From the IMG/VR virus record IMGVR_UViG_3300027847_001767: 64,000 nucleotides of DNA; one strand, 5' to 3'. This document shows, in pieces, positions 27,035 through 37,927 of the stretch. The stretch is from an uncultured virus (IMG/VR IMGVR_UViG_3300027847_001767). Its lineage: Duplodnaviria; Heunggongvirae; Uroviricota; Caudoviricetes. Under the pieces are notes generated by a model that had not been told where the DNA came from, ran no database searches, and worked only from the letters and a program-made list of their open reading frames with translations. Both the position numbers and the translations under genes were made by a program. Within the stretch, counting starts at the first letter, position 1. Every line of letters begins with the position of its first letter.

Positions 27035-29268
27035 TGAAGAGTTTAATAATAACAATACTGGTTTTATTTGTACTTGTTTCTTGTATTAGTCAGGGTATGG
27101 TAATGTCTTATCCAGCTAGCGGTGCTCCAGCACCTTGCACCGACGACCAGCAGTTCAATTATGTGAGCACTCTCCTTCACATGGATGGGGTAGACGACGC
27201 AACTACTTTCACTGATGATAGCTATAATGGGTTTACGGTGACAGCAAACGGACAAGCAAACACAGAAACAACAGATGTGACACCGCAATTTGGTACAGCT
27301 TCTGCTTATTTTGACGGTGATGGAGATGAACTTGAAATAGCCCACAATGCAGCGTTATCATTTGGGGCTTCAGATTTTACGGTAGAGTTTTGGTTTCGTC
27401 CAAGTACAATTACAGGCGGTGATTATATTTTGTTTTATAAGTCTCACGGTGAGCATGAATTTTCGATTGCTCAAAATGGAAGCACTATAATTACATATAT
27501 ATCAAGCAACGGTACAGGTTTTGATATTAAAAATGGAGCCACAATAGCGACTGGATTATCAGCTAACCAATGGTATCATTTTGCTATGACCCGAAACGGT
27601 TCAACGTGGAAAACTTTTTTGGGCGGAACAGAAACTAATAGCTTTATAAGCACTTCCACAATTTATGATGAGGCAGGGCCAGCGTCTATTGGTGGCCATG
27701 CTAGTTCCACAACAGATTTTAATGGCTATATTGACGACTTGCGTATTACTAAAGGTGTAGGCCGATCAATTACAGCATCTCCAACCGCCGCCTATCCAGA
27801 CGAACCATGCTATACAGAAATATTACAGGATGAATTGGTATTGAGTTTTGACCCTAGCCAAGATGCATATTCTGGGACAATAGCGGATATTTCTATTAAT
27901 TCAAATACAGGTACGTTTGGCGGCAACACAACAGACTTGGGTACTTCATTAGAGTTTGATGGTACGACTGATGACGTAGACGTTGCCGAAAGCACATCCT
28001 ATGACTTTGGAACTGGTGACTTTAGCTTTCAAGCATACGTGAATATGGATGTTGCTAGTAATAGCGATATGATTTATCATGATTCACGTGCAGGGATTAG
28101 TACCAATAGAGGTCATTTTGCGAGAATCGAATCCAATAACACGATTAAGTTTTTAGTTAGAGCTAATACCGAGGTAAATACATTATCAACAAAAACACTA
28201 AGTATAGATACATGGTATCATATAGTTGGCACAAAAACAGCAAATGACATTGATATTTTCGTAGATGGTTTATTGGATAAAAACAATAGTTCGCCGCCAG
28301 CTGGCACTGTTACGAATGCTACATACCCAATGCGCCTTGGTTTGCGGCACGATGCTAATGCAGATGATTTTGATGGCGAGATTGCTCAGTTTCAATTTTA
28401 TAGTAGACAGCTTACGCCGAACGAAGCCGCCTATAATTTTGATATTCAAACAGGCTGGACACCAACAACAGCCCTACTCCTAGACGATTACGGAGCAAAT
28501 TCAGAAGTTGCTTATTCAGTCAGTAGAAAGCTAGATAAAGATTATTTGGGGCCGGCTATGGAGATCGAGAGGACTTCTGACAACGCCACGAAGGATATAT
28601 ATTTCATAGGAATCCATACAGATGACCGTAGCATTGAGTCTTTTTGTTCAGGGACAACATGTGGAGTTAGGACTTTATACGACCAGGACGGTACGGCTAA
28701 TAATGCAACACAGACAACTTATGCGAATATGCCAACTATCTATACAGGCGGTGCAGTTGTGAGGCAAGATGGGCGGGTTGCGATGGATTTTGACCATGTA
28801 AACGACAATATGGCATTGGGGTCTGGTATAACGTTTGTGAATAGCCACACTATGGCAGCAGTGTTTGAGCGCGTTGGTACAGCTGATGAAATATATTTAC
28901 TTAGTAGTGATGCAGGGTCTGGTAATGCTGGAAATTTTGTCTATGCGTGGCTTACAGATAATAATTTCTATTCGATTGGTACGGCTGATTATCGTAAAAG
29001 TTCGGCTACATCGACAGATGTTGGCCAACAAATTATGTACGGAAATTATAATGACGCAGCATTGTATCGAAACAATTCAAGTGTTGCGATGGGTTCGCCT
29101 ATTTCGCTCACTCATGGGCAAGCCTTAAATTATATTGGTCGTAGATGGAATGGGTCTGCTACACTTTACACTGAAGGGAAACAACAAGAAATTATCTACT
29201 GGACTGCCTCAAAATCCGCAGACCGAGCAGCAATTTACACAGACCAAGACTCATACTATAGACCATAA
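27034..29268 (+). CDS. secreted or lipoprotein multi-LamG (ConA-like) receptor-binding-type protein
   Basis: LLHMDG...DFTVEFW...WYHFAMTR...GYIDDLRITKG, a second LamG, and a C-terminal AYSVSRKL...LYDQDG domain; N-terminal hydrophobic signal with LVS-C. Confidence 0.8.
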   Translation: MKSLIITILVLFVLVSCISQGMVMSYPASGAPAPCTDDQQFNYVSTLLHMDGVDDATTFTDDSYNGFTVTANGQANTETTDVTPQFGTASAYFDGDGDELEIAHNAALSFGASDFTVEFWFRPSTITGGDYILFYKSHGEHEFSIAQNGSTIITYISSNGTGFDIKNGATIATGLSANQWYHFAMTRNGSTWKTFLGGTETNSFISTSTIYDEAGPASIGGHASSTTDFNGYIDDLRITKGVGRSITASPTAAYPDEPCYTEILQDELVLSFDPSQDAYSGTIADISINSNTGTFGGNTTDLGTSLEFDGTTDDVDVAESTSYDFGTGDFSFQAYVNMDVASNSDMIYHDSRAGISTNRGHFARIESNNTIKFLVRANTEVNTLSTKTLSIDTWYHIVGTKTANDIDIFVDGLLDKNNSSPPAGTVTNATYPMRLGLRHDANADDFDGEIAQFQFYSRQLTPNEAAYNFDIQTGWTPTTALLLDDYGANSEVAYSVSRKLDKDYLGPAMEIERTSDNATKDIYFIGIHTDDRSIESFCSGTTCGVRTLYDQDGTANNATQTTYANMPTIYTGGAVVRQDGRVAMDFDHVNDNMALGSGITFVNSHTMAAVFERVGTADEIYLLSSDAGSGNAGNFVYAWLTDNNFYSIGTADYRKSSATSTDVGQQIMYGNYNDAALYRNNSSVAMGSPISLTHGQALNYIGRRWNGSATLYTEGKQQEIIYWTASKSADRAAIYTDQDSYYRP

Positions 29269-29277
29269 ATAACAAAT

Positions 29278-29940
29278 ATGAAAAATATAATAGTACTTTT
29301 TTTGATAGCTTTTTCAACCAGCTTGACAGCGCAAAGGCTAGATGAAGGCGGCAACCTTGTATTTGATGCTGATCTAACAAAGATTGAGGCCGGAATAACG
29401 TATGATACTGTTCAAAAGTTTATTGACGGACTAGCGGTCTTAAACGAGCAAGAAAGCAGACTATGGGTAGAGCTTGAAAGTGTTATTGACAAACAAAGAC
29501 GGTTGAAAGAATCGATCAAAGCGCGCAATGGCGAAGCTCAAAAACGCGCCTATTTTGACCGTAATTTCGCCAACTCAATTCGTAATCTTTCGGCACACAC
29601 AACAAACGGCAAAACAGATAATGTAAGAATCAAAACAGTTGATGGGACTCATAGGGTTGTTAAGGATTCAATAAAACGAGTAATAAAATCTGTAGCGGTA
29701 ATGGGCTGGAAAGTTACAGAAAGGGACAGCGCAAGAATAACAATTCGCGATTCTGTACATCAAGTAATAGGCAGCAGACCGGATACAACCTTTGTACCGA
29801 TAGAGATTGATAGAGGAGTTGCAAGAATAGAGGGGTCAAATAGTTTTATCCATAACGGAAAAACGTATATACGGACAACCACAAATTCAGGGAAGGCTGT
29901 ATGGCCGCGCAAGGATAATTGGAAGGAGTGGTTCAAATAA
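29278..29940 (+). CDS. putative secreted protein with coiled coil
   Basis: MKNIIVLFLIAFSTSLTA-Q. Confidence 0.7.
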   Translation: MKNIIVLFLIAFSTSLTAQRLDEGGNLVFDADLTKIEAGITYDTVQKFIDGLAVLNEQESRLWVELESVIDKQRRLKESIKARNGEAQKRAYFDRNFANSIRNLSAHTTNGKTDNVRIKTVDGTHRVVKDSIKRVIKSVAVMGWKVTERDSARITIRDSVHQVIGSRPDTTFVPIEIDRGVARIEGSNSFIHNGKTYIRTTTNSGKAVWPRKDNWKEWFK

Positions 29941-30027
29941 ACGAGAGTGAAAAAATATTTTGTAATCATTGGGAATTTAGAAACCATAAGACCGCCTTGA
30001 GCGTCGTGGTTTCCAAAAACCTAATTT

Positions 30028-30312
30028 ATGGGGCTTATAACTAAACAAAAAGAAATGGGATTCAATATTCTTGTAACGACGTATATTGCCACGAGTGGTT
30101 TCGCATTGCTGGTTGTTGGCGGTGTATTCGGTGGAAATGTGTTATATGTTGATCCTACAAGCACCGTGATAGATAAGTTGATGTCCACAGACAATCTTGC
30201 ATTATTAGTAGCCTTTGCGGTCATATTTTTCTTAGCCAGGTTCACGCACAAAGTTCATAATTCTTTAATTAAGGCGAAGGATGACGAGATAGAACGTTTA
30301 ACAAAAAAGTGA
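30028..30312 (+). CDS. two-TM membrane protein, holin candidate
   Basis: Two hydrophobic helices and a charged C-terminus. Confidence 0.55.
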   Translation: MGLITKQKEMGFNILVTTYIATSGFALLVVGGVFGGNVLYVDPTSTVIDKLMSTDNLALLVAFAVIFFLARFTHKVHNSLIKAKDDEIERLTKK

Positions 30313-30779
30313 TGCTGAAAGCTCTTATAAATACAATATCAGGCTATAGATACATAATAATATATACATCTATTGTTCATGTTGTGTGGGGGTGTTTGTT
30401 GTTTGTAGAGGATGGTGTAGGGAGGGTTACGGCTTTAACTGTTGCTAATTCTATTTTTGGGGGTTTGGATAAGTACATGTATATTTTGCTCACAATAGCA
30501 GCTATATATGGCCTACATCGCATGGATAAAGGCGAGATGATAACATTTATAGGCATCAAATTTTCCCCGATCAATTTGGTTTGGGGCCAGCAATTACTAT
30601 TATACCTATCTGCTGTTGCAGCTATAATGTCGGTATATAATAGTGCATTTGGAGATGGTCAAGTAAGGTCACGCATATTTATAGCATCAGCCCAATTTCA
30701 TCATGTATTATTGGCTGTAATGCATACAATAGCGTTACTGGATTTACATAAGGTTTATGCCAAAAAAGAGGTAGGGTGA
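30309..30779 (+). CDS. multi-pass membrane protein
   Basis: About four hydrophobic segments. Confidence 0.65.
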   Translation: MMLKALINTISGYRYIIIYTSIVHVVWGCLLFVEDGVGRVTALTVANSIFGGLDKYMYILLTIAAIYGLHRMDKGEMITFIGIKFSPINLVWGQQLLLYLSAVAAIMSVYNSAFGDGQVRSRIFIASAQFHHVLLAVMHTIALLDLHKVYAKKEVG

Positions 30780-30831
30780 AAAAATAATAGGTAACTAAAA
30801 ATATTGAGAATATTTTTAGAAGATTAAATAT

Positions 30832-32955
30832 ATGTATACCAGAACCTACGAAAAGTCAGAGAAAATTAAAATATGGGAACATAACGTCCCTTTGCCGGAT
30901 ATGCCACCAGAGAATGAGTTTGAAAATTACAACCTGCCACAACAAGACCAAAAATACAAAAGGCTTATAATCCCAGCTAATATTCGAAAGAAACCAAAAG
31001 AACAAATCGATGCTCTTGCCAGAAATATTTATCATATAAGAGAAAATGGAAGATGGCATTTAATAAACGGAAAGCCTGTTTATGTTCCAGGGTATATGGA
31101 ATGGTTTTTGTCTTTTTGGATTGCAGAGCATGGATCATTGCCCGACTTTAGGTGGGAAGCTGTAGAGTTCTTTACGGCATGGGATTGGGTGTGGAGAGAT
31201 CCTAATTCATACGGCATGTTGGTGATGAAGCCCAGAAGGATAGGAGATACGGCAAAGTCTTGTGCTATAAGCTATTTTGTTGCTTCTCATTATAAGAGAG
31301 CGTGGAGTGGTCAGCAGAACATGGACGATGAGGCAGCGCAAAAAAACTTTGCCAGGATAGTTAATGCTCATGCAAATATGCCGCCTTTGATTAAAGCGAT
31401 ACATCGAGGATCAGATAGGCCTAAACAGTCATTGGAATTGTACTTTCCGGAAGAACGTCAAACCACTAAGAAACTAATAAAAAAGAAAGCTGGAGAGGAC
31501 ATATACGAAGGGATTCAATGCTTAGAGTCTAGAATAGATTTTGAACCACTTGTTTTAAGGAAATACGATGGTAAACGCCTTACGGTTTATTATATGGATG
31601 AGTATGGTAAGTGGGTGAATGTTAATGCTTATGATCAATGGAATATAGTAAAGCGTACATTGGCTTTGCATAACGGTAGAATTATAATAGGCAAAGCTCT
31701 TGCTACTTCAACCATTGAGGATATTGAAAACTCTGATACTTTGGATGTTGCGACAAAGATGTGGGATGAGAGTGATCCTAATAATAAAAACAAAAACAAC
31801 AGAACGATTACTGGTCTTACCAGATTCTTTAGGAGTTATGAACTCAATGCTGAGAATGACGAGTATGGTATGCCAAAAATAAGGCAAGAAAGAATTTGGA
31901 GAAAGAATGAGATTGAACAATTAGAAAAAATTGGAGACTACGAGGCAATTATTAATTTAAAAAGAAAGCACCCTGCTACAGTTGATGAGGCGTTAATGGT
32001 CCCTAACGAGGACTGTGTTCTTTTGCCAGTTTTATTAGATCAACAAATGGCTGTTATAAAAAAGGGAATGTATTTGGATGGCAAAGAGTTCTTGCCACAC
32101 GCAATACCTGGTGATTTGGTATGGACTAATCCCTTTAAAAGCGTAGAGTGGGTACCTAATGAAAATGGAAGATGGCAGATTTCTCAACATCCAGACATAC
32201 CTAACAATGTGGCTATGGAGGGTGGTGTGTTAGTCCCGAGATCAACCCTTGATTATACGGGAGGAATGGACCCTGTTGAGCACATAACCACGGAAAGCAA
32301 GCTAAAGGAGTTAAGAAAGAAGAAAAAGAGTGGCAGACCGTTTTCTGCGATGTCTGACGGCGCAATCACTGTAAAGAGAGCCTTCAACCCTTTGGTTGAT
32401 AATTTAGGGACAGACCTTGAGTTTGGAGAAGGTGGGGAGATATTAAATCCTTGGTTGATGAAAACAGATAAATTTGTGTGTGATTATATCTATAGACCGG
32501 ATAACCCTTGGGATCTTTTCGAAGATGCTATAAAAACAGGTATTTACTATGGGTGTGGATTATTTATAGAGAGCGATAAGGGTTATATCCCTAATTGTTT
32601 TTTCGATAATAAGCTGTCTGAGTTTTTAATCAATAGGCCACAAGCTACATATACAGATCCTAGAAAAAAACGAGGAGAAGAAAAGGGGGCAAAGGCAACA
32701 ACACCATTGATTAATTTATATACCGATGCTTTAAAGGTTCATATTAAGCGAAGAATATTTAATAACTTTCACCCTAGAATCATTAAGCAATGGAGAAGGT
32801 ATAAAGTAACAAATAGAAGCCAACTGGATTTAGCGGTGGCTACAGGGTACAATGTTTTAGCAGAAATGGATGTTGATAAATTAAGGAGAATAGAGGATGA
32901 GAGGAAGAAATATGATAAGCCGATTTGGAGAACGAGAAGGGTTATTGCCGCATAA
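30832..32955 (+). CDS. terL: terminase large subunit
   Basis: Walker A-like MKPRRIGDT, Walker B YYMDEYGK, coupling motif ATST, nuclease GGMDP...IESD...DLAVA; precedes the portal. Confidence 0.9.
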   Translation: MYTRTYEKSEKIKIWEHNVPLPDMPPENEFENYNLPQQDQKYKRLIIPANIRKKPKEQIDALARNIYHIRENGRWHLINGKPVYVPGYMEWFLSFWIAEHGSLPDFRWEAVEFFTAWDWVWRDPNSYGMLVMKPRRIGDTAKSCAISYFVASHYKRAWSGQQNMDDEAAQKNFARIVNAHANMPPLIKAIHRGSDRPKQSLELYFPEERQTTKKLIKKKAGEDIYEGIQCLESRIDFEPLVLRKYDGKRLTVYYMDEYGKWVNVNAYDQWNIVKRTLALHNGRIIIGKALATSTIEDIENSDTLDVATKMWDESDPNNKNKNNRTITGLTRFFRSYELNAENDEYGMPKIRQERIWRKNEIEQLEKIGDYEAIINLKRKHPATVDEALMVPNEDCVLLPVLLDQQMAVIKKGMYLDGKEFLPHAIPGDLVWTNPFKSVEWVPNENGRWQISQHPDIPNNVAMEGGVLVPRSTLDYTGGMDPVEHITTESKLKELRKKKKSGRPFSAMSDGAITVKRAFNPLVDNLGTDLEFGEGGEILNPWLMKTDKFVCDYIYRPDNPWDLFEDAIKTGIYYGCGLFIESDKGYIPNCFFDNKLSEFLINRPQATYTDPRKKRGEEKGAKATTPLINLYTDALKVHIKRRIFNNFHPRIIKQWRRYKVTNRSQLDLAVATGYNVLAEMDVDKLRRIEDERKKYDKPIWRTRRVIAA

Positions 32956-32965
32956 TTAACGTGTT

Positions 32966-35275
32966 ATGGAAAAGAAAGGTTATTCAGTTTATAAGGCCGA
33001 TAAAGATTATGGCAAGCTATACAAGAGCGGTAAACTCCAAAAACCTAGCGACGACACAACTAAAGACCAGGATTACTTTCTCAAATTTCACAAGTATGTA
33101 TATGGTGAATACGCCGCTGGCGCTGGCGGTGTTGGTTTAGGTGGGGCTAATGGTTCTGGAAGGACTTATGCAACTTTGAGATCATATGGAAAGGGAGAGC
33201 AAAGTAAGTTAAAGTACATGCAGATATTAGAAGATTCTAATATCACCGATCCCAACGAAGCCAAAGTCTTTGCTAATATTTCGTGGGAGATTGTCAAGAT
33301 ACTACCGAAGTTTAGAAGCATAGTCAAGGGATTATTTTCTGAGCGAGAATATTCTGTTTCTACCATGGCTAATGATGAGTCTGCGAGTATTGAAAGAAAC
33401 AAAAAAATAGGAATAGAGCGGCTTTTAGTAAGTCCTTTGGTTAAAAAGTTTACTGCGGAAACAGGGGTTCAACCCAAAGAGTCTAGTCAGTTCGATAATA
33501 TAGGAAATCAGGAAGATTTAGAAACACTCATTAAAATGGGTGGGATAAGACTTGCTAGTGAGATCGAAATGAAAGATGCGATTGACGCTACAATTTATGA
33601 ATCTAGGTATAAAGCGATTAGGGAATTAACGGAAGAAGATATTATCGATTTTAATAAGGCGGCCCTCCATGTTTACATGGAACAAAGTACAGATAAGGTA
33701 AAAATCAAGTATATCGACCCAGCCAGGTTGGGACATAGAGCCTCTATATATCAGGATTGTAGAGATATAGACTATGCGTATTATATTGAAACAAAAAAAC
33801 TATCCCAGATAAGAACAGAGTCTAATCTTTCTGAGAAGGAGATTTATTTGATTGCTAAAAAATACAATGGGCATGGAAGGAACTCTGCTACTCATGGCAT
33901 GGGTGATGATTTTGGGTCTAGGCAACAAAGAGAAGAGTACAAAGAAAGCAATGGCGCATATCCTTATGATGATTTTGTAGTTGATGTAATGTATATGACC
34001 TTTATTGCCAATGATACAGAATTGCTTTTAATAGACAACAATGGTTTAGACTCTGTATCTGAAGAAACAAACCTTCAAAACACTTATAGGTCTTATTGGC
34101 CCATTGGAACCGATATTGTCTATGATTACGGATTAGAGCGAGGTATTGTCAGGCAAGGCCAAGATGGATCTAAAGAAACAAGACTTCCAATTATTATTTA
34201 CAACGGTACTGGTGACAGTATGGTTGAAAGGTGTATAGAATACGTAAATGAGATTCAGATAGCGACTTTGAAAAAAAGGAATGCTATTCGGAAAATTCCA
34301 CCAGGACCAGATATTGAGGTTGATCTTGGGGTATTAAATGCGACTGTAGAGATTAACGATAAAGCATACTCTATTCTAGATCTTCTTGAGGTATATACCA
34401 AAGATGGTGTTCTTTTCACCGAGAGTAAGGGTGGGTTAGGGAATAACGCAGACAATAGGGCTATCCATCCTATGCAGTCTGATATTCATAACAAACTAAA
34501 GATTTACTATGATGAGATTCATCATAACATAGATCAGATAAGGCAAGTTAGTGGTGTGAATGAAGTAGCTGATGGCACATCTCAAACAAAGGATCTTCTT
34601 AACGGTGTAATGGAAGGAATGAACCAAGCCACCAATAATGCTTTGTTTGAATGGTTTAGGGGTTATGAGTTGTTATTCGAAGAAACAGTGAAGCATACGG
34701 CTGGCAAATGGAGGCTTGCAGTATTAAATGGTGATGTAAAGGTAAAATACCAACCGTTCAATGAAAATATTGTAAAAACAGCACAGTTAGGAAAGAACCT
34801 TACTCTTCATGAGATGGGTATAATGCTGAATATACTTCCAGATTCGGCGAAGCGTCAGAATATGATATTGGGCCTTAACCAACAAAGAGAGGCGCAGTTA
34901 ATTACAATAGATGTCTATTATATTCTGTTAAACATGATTGAGCAAGGTGATCTAAAGAAAGCGCAGTTGTACTTGTCTAAAGCGGTACAGAAAAGAGAGA
35001 AAGAAAATCATCAAAGAGCACTTGAAGTTCAGACTGCTCAAGCGAAGGCTAATGGAGAAGCAGGGGTTGAGGTAGAAAAAAGCAAGCAGCAAACAATGAC
35101 AATAGAATATGATTTGAAGACACAATACATGATTGCAGAATATAAAGAGAAAATGAGAATAGAGAGAATGAAGAGTACAACGAACAAGGAGATTGCTCAA
35201 GAAAACAATGAAACGAGCATGGATGGAAAGGTCTTAGATAGTGTTTTGAACTCCGCGCAAGAGTCGGTTACATAA
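32966..35275 (+). CDS. portal protein
   Basis: 769 aa after TerL; IKYIDPARL, IRQVSGVNEVADG, Q-rich helical C-terminus. Confidence 0.85.
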   Translation: MEKKGYSVYKADKDYGKLYKSGKLQKPSDDTTKDQDYFLKFHKYVYGEYAAGAGGVGLGGANGSGRTYATLRSYGKGEQSKLKYMQILEDSNITDPNEAKVFANISWEIVKILPKFRSIVKGLFSEREYSVSTMANDESASIERNKKIGIERLLVSPLVKKFTAETGVQPKESSQFDNIGNQEDLETLIKMGGIRLASEIEMKDAIDATIYESRYKAIRELTEEDIIDFNKAALHVYMEQSTDKVKIKYIDPARLGHRASIYQDCRDIDYAYYIETKKLSQIRTESNLSEKEIYLIAKKYNGHGRNSATHGMGDDFGSRQQREEYKESNGAYPYDDFVVDVMYMTFIANDTELLLIDNNGLDSVSEETNLQNTYRSYWPIGTDIVYDYGLERGIVRQGQDGSKETRLPIIIYNGTGDSMVERCIEYVNEIQIATLKKRNAIRKIPPGPDIEVDLGVLNATVEINDKAYSILDLLEVYTKDGVLFTESKGGLGNNADNRAIHPMQSDIHNKLKIYYDEIHHNIDQIRQVSGVNEVADGTSQTKDLLNGVMEGMNQATNNALFEWFRGYELLFEETVKHTAGKWRLAVLNGDVKVKYQPFNENIVKTAQLGKNLTLHEMGIMLNILPDSAKRQNMILGLNQQREAQLITIDVYYILLNMIEQGDLKKAQLYLSKAVQKREKENHQRALEVQTAQAKANGEAGVEVEKSKQQTMTIEYDLKTQYMIAEYKEKMRIERMKSTTNKEIAQENNETSMDGKVLDSVLNSAQESVT

Positions 35276-35294
35276 AAAATTATAAATTTGTTAT

Positions 35295-36332
35295 ATGGAA
35301 ATTGAAAATCAAACTGCAGAAGGCCAGGAAGAAACAGCGGAATCTATCATTGATAGTCTTGTTGTTGAAACTGCCCCAGATAACCCACCAACACCGGAAG
35401 TTGATACCGAAGAATTTACTAAGAATTTTTCTTCTTACTTCGGCGAGAACGTTAGTATAGATGATGTAAAGGGCATAAACTCTTTAAAAGATAATTATGC
35501 CCAGCTTCAAAAAGAAAGAAACGATTTACAGGCCCAATCTCAAATACCTGCTTTTTCAAACGAATTTGTAAAAGAAATCAATGATTTGGTTTCTGCTGGT
35601 GCTACACAAGAAGAAGTATCTAATTATATAAGCCTTGGAGCTTTGGATTTAGATAAGATGGAGGCATCTGATGTTCATCGACAAAAAATAAAAATTGAAA
35701 ACCCTAGTTTATCGGCTGCTGAAATAAATGCCTTGGTTGAGGAGAAGTTAACACTCCCAACCGATGATGATGGCAAAGTTTCTATAGCAGATCAAGCTAG
35801 ACTTAATATTGATACTAGTAAAGCGAAGGCATTCTTACGCGAAAAAAAGTTATCATTTAAGGAGACAGAGGCGGTTCGTTCAAATAGGGCTTCTCAACAA
35901 GAGTCGCAAAAGCTAATGAACGGCTGGTCTAATGTCAATAGCGCAATTTTTGACAACAACTTTCAAGAGGTAACAAAAACTGTTGAACTTGGGGAAGGTA
36001 TTGATCCTTTCGTGGGCAAACACACTGTTTCTCCTGAACTAAAGGCCGAAGTTGTCAGTGCCGCTACACAAGTCCTTGCAGACAGGGGCGTTGCATTAAC
36101 CAAAGAAAATGTTGGTGAAGCAACGGAACTAATCAATATGATGATTTGGGCTAAGAATGGACAGCAAATGTATCAAGAAGGCATTATGAGTGCTTTAAAC
36201 AAACAGAAGGTTGACACTACAAAGAATTTAAGTGGGTTGCCATCTACACGTAATGGTAGCGTTCTGCCGAATGCTACAAAAGACCAATCATGGAAAGATC
36301 AAATCAAAGCTGAGGATGGGTTTTTATCATGA
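35295..36332 (+). CDS. scaffold-like capsid assembly protein
   Basis: Acidic N-terminus, helical, between portal and MCP; TAAATTTG -7 box upstream. Confidence 0.65.
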   Translation: MEIENQTAEGQEETAESIIDSLVVETAPDNPPTPEVDTEEFTKNFSSYFGENVSIDDVKGINSLKDNYAQLQKERNDLQAQSQIPAFSNEFVKEINDLVSAGATQEEVSNYISLGALDLDKMEASDVHRQKIKIENPSLSAAEINALVEEKLTLPTDDDGKVSIADQARLNIDTSKAKAFLREKKLSFKETEAVRSNRASQQESQKLMNGWSNVNSAIFDNNFQEVTKTVELGEGIDPFVGKHTVSPELKAEVVSAATQVLADRGVALTKENVGEATELINMMIWAKNGQQMYQEGIMSALNKQKVDTTKNLSGLPSTRNGSVLPNATKDQSWKDQIKAEDGFLS

Positions 36333-36349
36333 TTTTAAAAAAATAAATA

Positions 36350-37867
36350 ATGGCATATACACCCCTTATTCTTCCTGCAAACAGGCCACATGACCTCAAA
36401 CCAGAGGCAATTGGCGGTCCTGGTGCTGGAATAACTAACCAACAGTTAGTTACACAATACGATATTTACGAGCCACACGAACTGATTACGGTCAGGGAAA
36501 GGCATAGTCATAAGCCTGGTCTTTGGTTGACTCTAAAGGCTATGGGTTTTAACAAAGGTGTTAGAACACCCCTAATTGGACATTACGAGTATCCTTGGAG
36601 AGAGGATTTGGTATATGTAGGAGCCATTACTGCTGCTTCTGCTGGTGCTGGAAATGCGATGACAATAGAGTTGGATGCAACTGCTATGTATGACACAAGC
36701 CTTACCGTTGGTGGTGCGGCTAGAAAAGCGAGTTATCCACGAAAAACGCAAATGATTCTTTTGAAAAATGGAACTAAGGCGTATATCACAGATAAGGATA
36801 CTTCTGTAAATCCACACAGATTGGTTATTAAGCCAACGGATGCAACTGTAGATTTAGATGCAGGTGTTACGGCTGGTGAAGCATACATGATTGCGGATAA
36901 CGCTCATGCTGAAGGATCTGGTCTTCCACAAGGTTTGACTCCAAGGGTATTGAAGTATTCAAATGAACTTCAGATAGTGAAAGAAAGATTTGGTGCAACT
37001 GGTTCTGAGCTTTCAAATGTTACTTACTTTGATCCCGTAGCTGGTAAATCTGGAAGTTATCATTTGAAAACAGAGCTTGATACGTATTTTAGATTTGAGA
37101 CACAGTGTAGCAATTCGCTTCTTTGGGGCCAAAAAATAGATAATATATCTGTTTTTGTTCCAGAGATGGGAGTAGATGCATCTATAGCAGGTACAGAAGG
37201 ATTGATCGAGTTTGCTTCAACTAATTCAACTACCGATTTCTATACTCCTGGTGCTTATGCAATGCAGGATTTTGACGAAATGGCTAAGTTGTACGAAAGC
37301 GAAAGACTTGGTGTAAATCATTTGATAGAATGGCAAGGGTTTGATAAATTCGTGGAGACAGAGAATGTTCTTCTTGATAAATTCAATCCAGATGTAGGAT
37401 ATTTCCTTACTAGAAGTATGTTGGGGTATTCCGGAAACGAAGCTCCAAATGATGAGTTTCAGAAAACAACCAATGAGGATTGGGCTGCTTCTGTAGGGTT
37501 TTACGCATTGAAAAAAGCTGGTTATAGCTGGTGCTTTAAACTTTTACACGATTTCAATTATGTGAAAGGCGCTGGTGCAACTGGATATGATTACGAAAAA
37601 TGGAGTATCGTTACACCTTTGGGTTATACGAAAAACTCTGATAGTGGCTCTATGGACCCAACAATCGGGTACCGATATAAAGAGGCAAATGGCATCTCTA
37701 GAGAGCATGTTGTGGCTTCTTTCTCCGGTGTCGGTGTTGCTGGTTCGGGTGGGGGCTATTCAATAGCTACACATGGGTCAGATGTAATGACTTGTGGAAT
37801 GTTAGCTCACCATGCCTTTCATGGTACGTGTGCTAATAATATTATACTTCAAAGACCTACACCTTAA
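36350..37867 (+). CDS. major capsid protein
   Basis: 505 aa after the scaffold; YSNELQIVK...SLLWG...TEGLIEF pattern; followed by a terminator. Confidence 0.8.
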   Translation: MAYTPLILPANRPHDLKPEAIGGPGAGITNQQLVTQYDIYEPHELITVRERHSHKPGLWLTLKAMGFNKGVRTPLIGHYEYPWREDLVYVGAITAASAGAGNAMTIELDATAMYDTSLTVGGAARKASYPRKTQMILLKNGTKAYITDKDTSVNPHRLVIKPTDATVDLDAGVTAGEAYMIADNAHAEGSGLPQGLTPRVLKYSNELQIVKERFGATGSELSNVTYFDPVAGKSGSYHLKTELDTYFRFETQCSNSLLWGQKIDNISVFVPEMGVDASIAGTEGLIEFASTNSTTDFYTPGAYAMQDFDEMAKLYESERLGVNHLIEWQGFDKFVETENVLLDKFNPDVGYFLTRSMLGYSGNEAPNDEFQKTTNEDWAASVGFYALKKAGYSWCFKLLHDFNYVKGAGATGYDYEKWSIVTPLGYTKNSDSGSMDPTIGYRYKEANGISREHVVASFSGVGVAGSGGGYSIATHGSDVMTCGMLAHHAFHGTCANNIILQRPTP

Positions 37868-37879
37868 AATGATTTAAGT

Positions 37880-37912
37880 TACAGGGGGCGAAAGCTCTCT
37901 GTAGCTATTTTT
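37880..37912 (+). terminator. terminator after MCP
   Basis: TACAGGGGGC-GAAA-GCTCTCTGTA hairpin followed by a T-rich run. Confidence 0.7.
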
Positions 37913-37927
37913 AATAAACAAATAATA

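Noticed and set aside
28470..29268. C-terminal domain of 27034 as an active arabinofuranosidase
   Set aside because: Only fold-level resemblance; catalytic residues could not be verified
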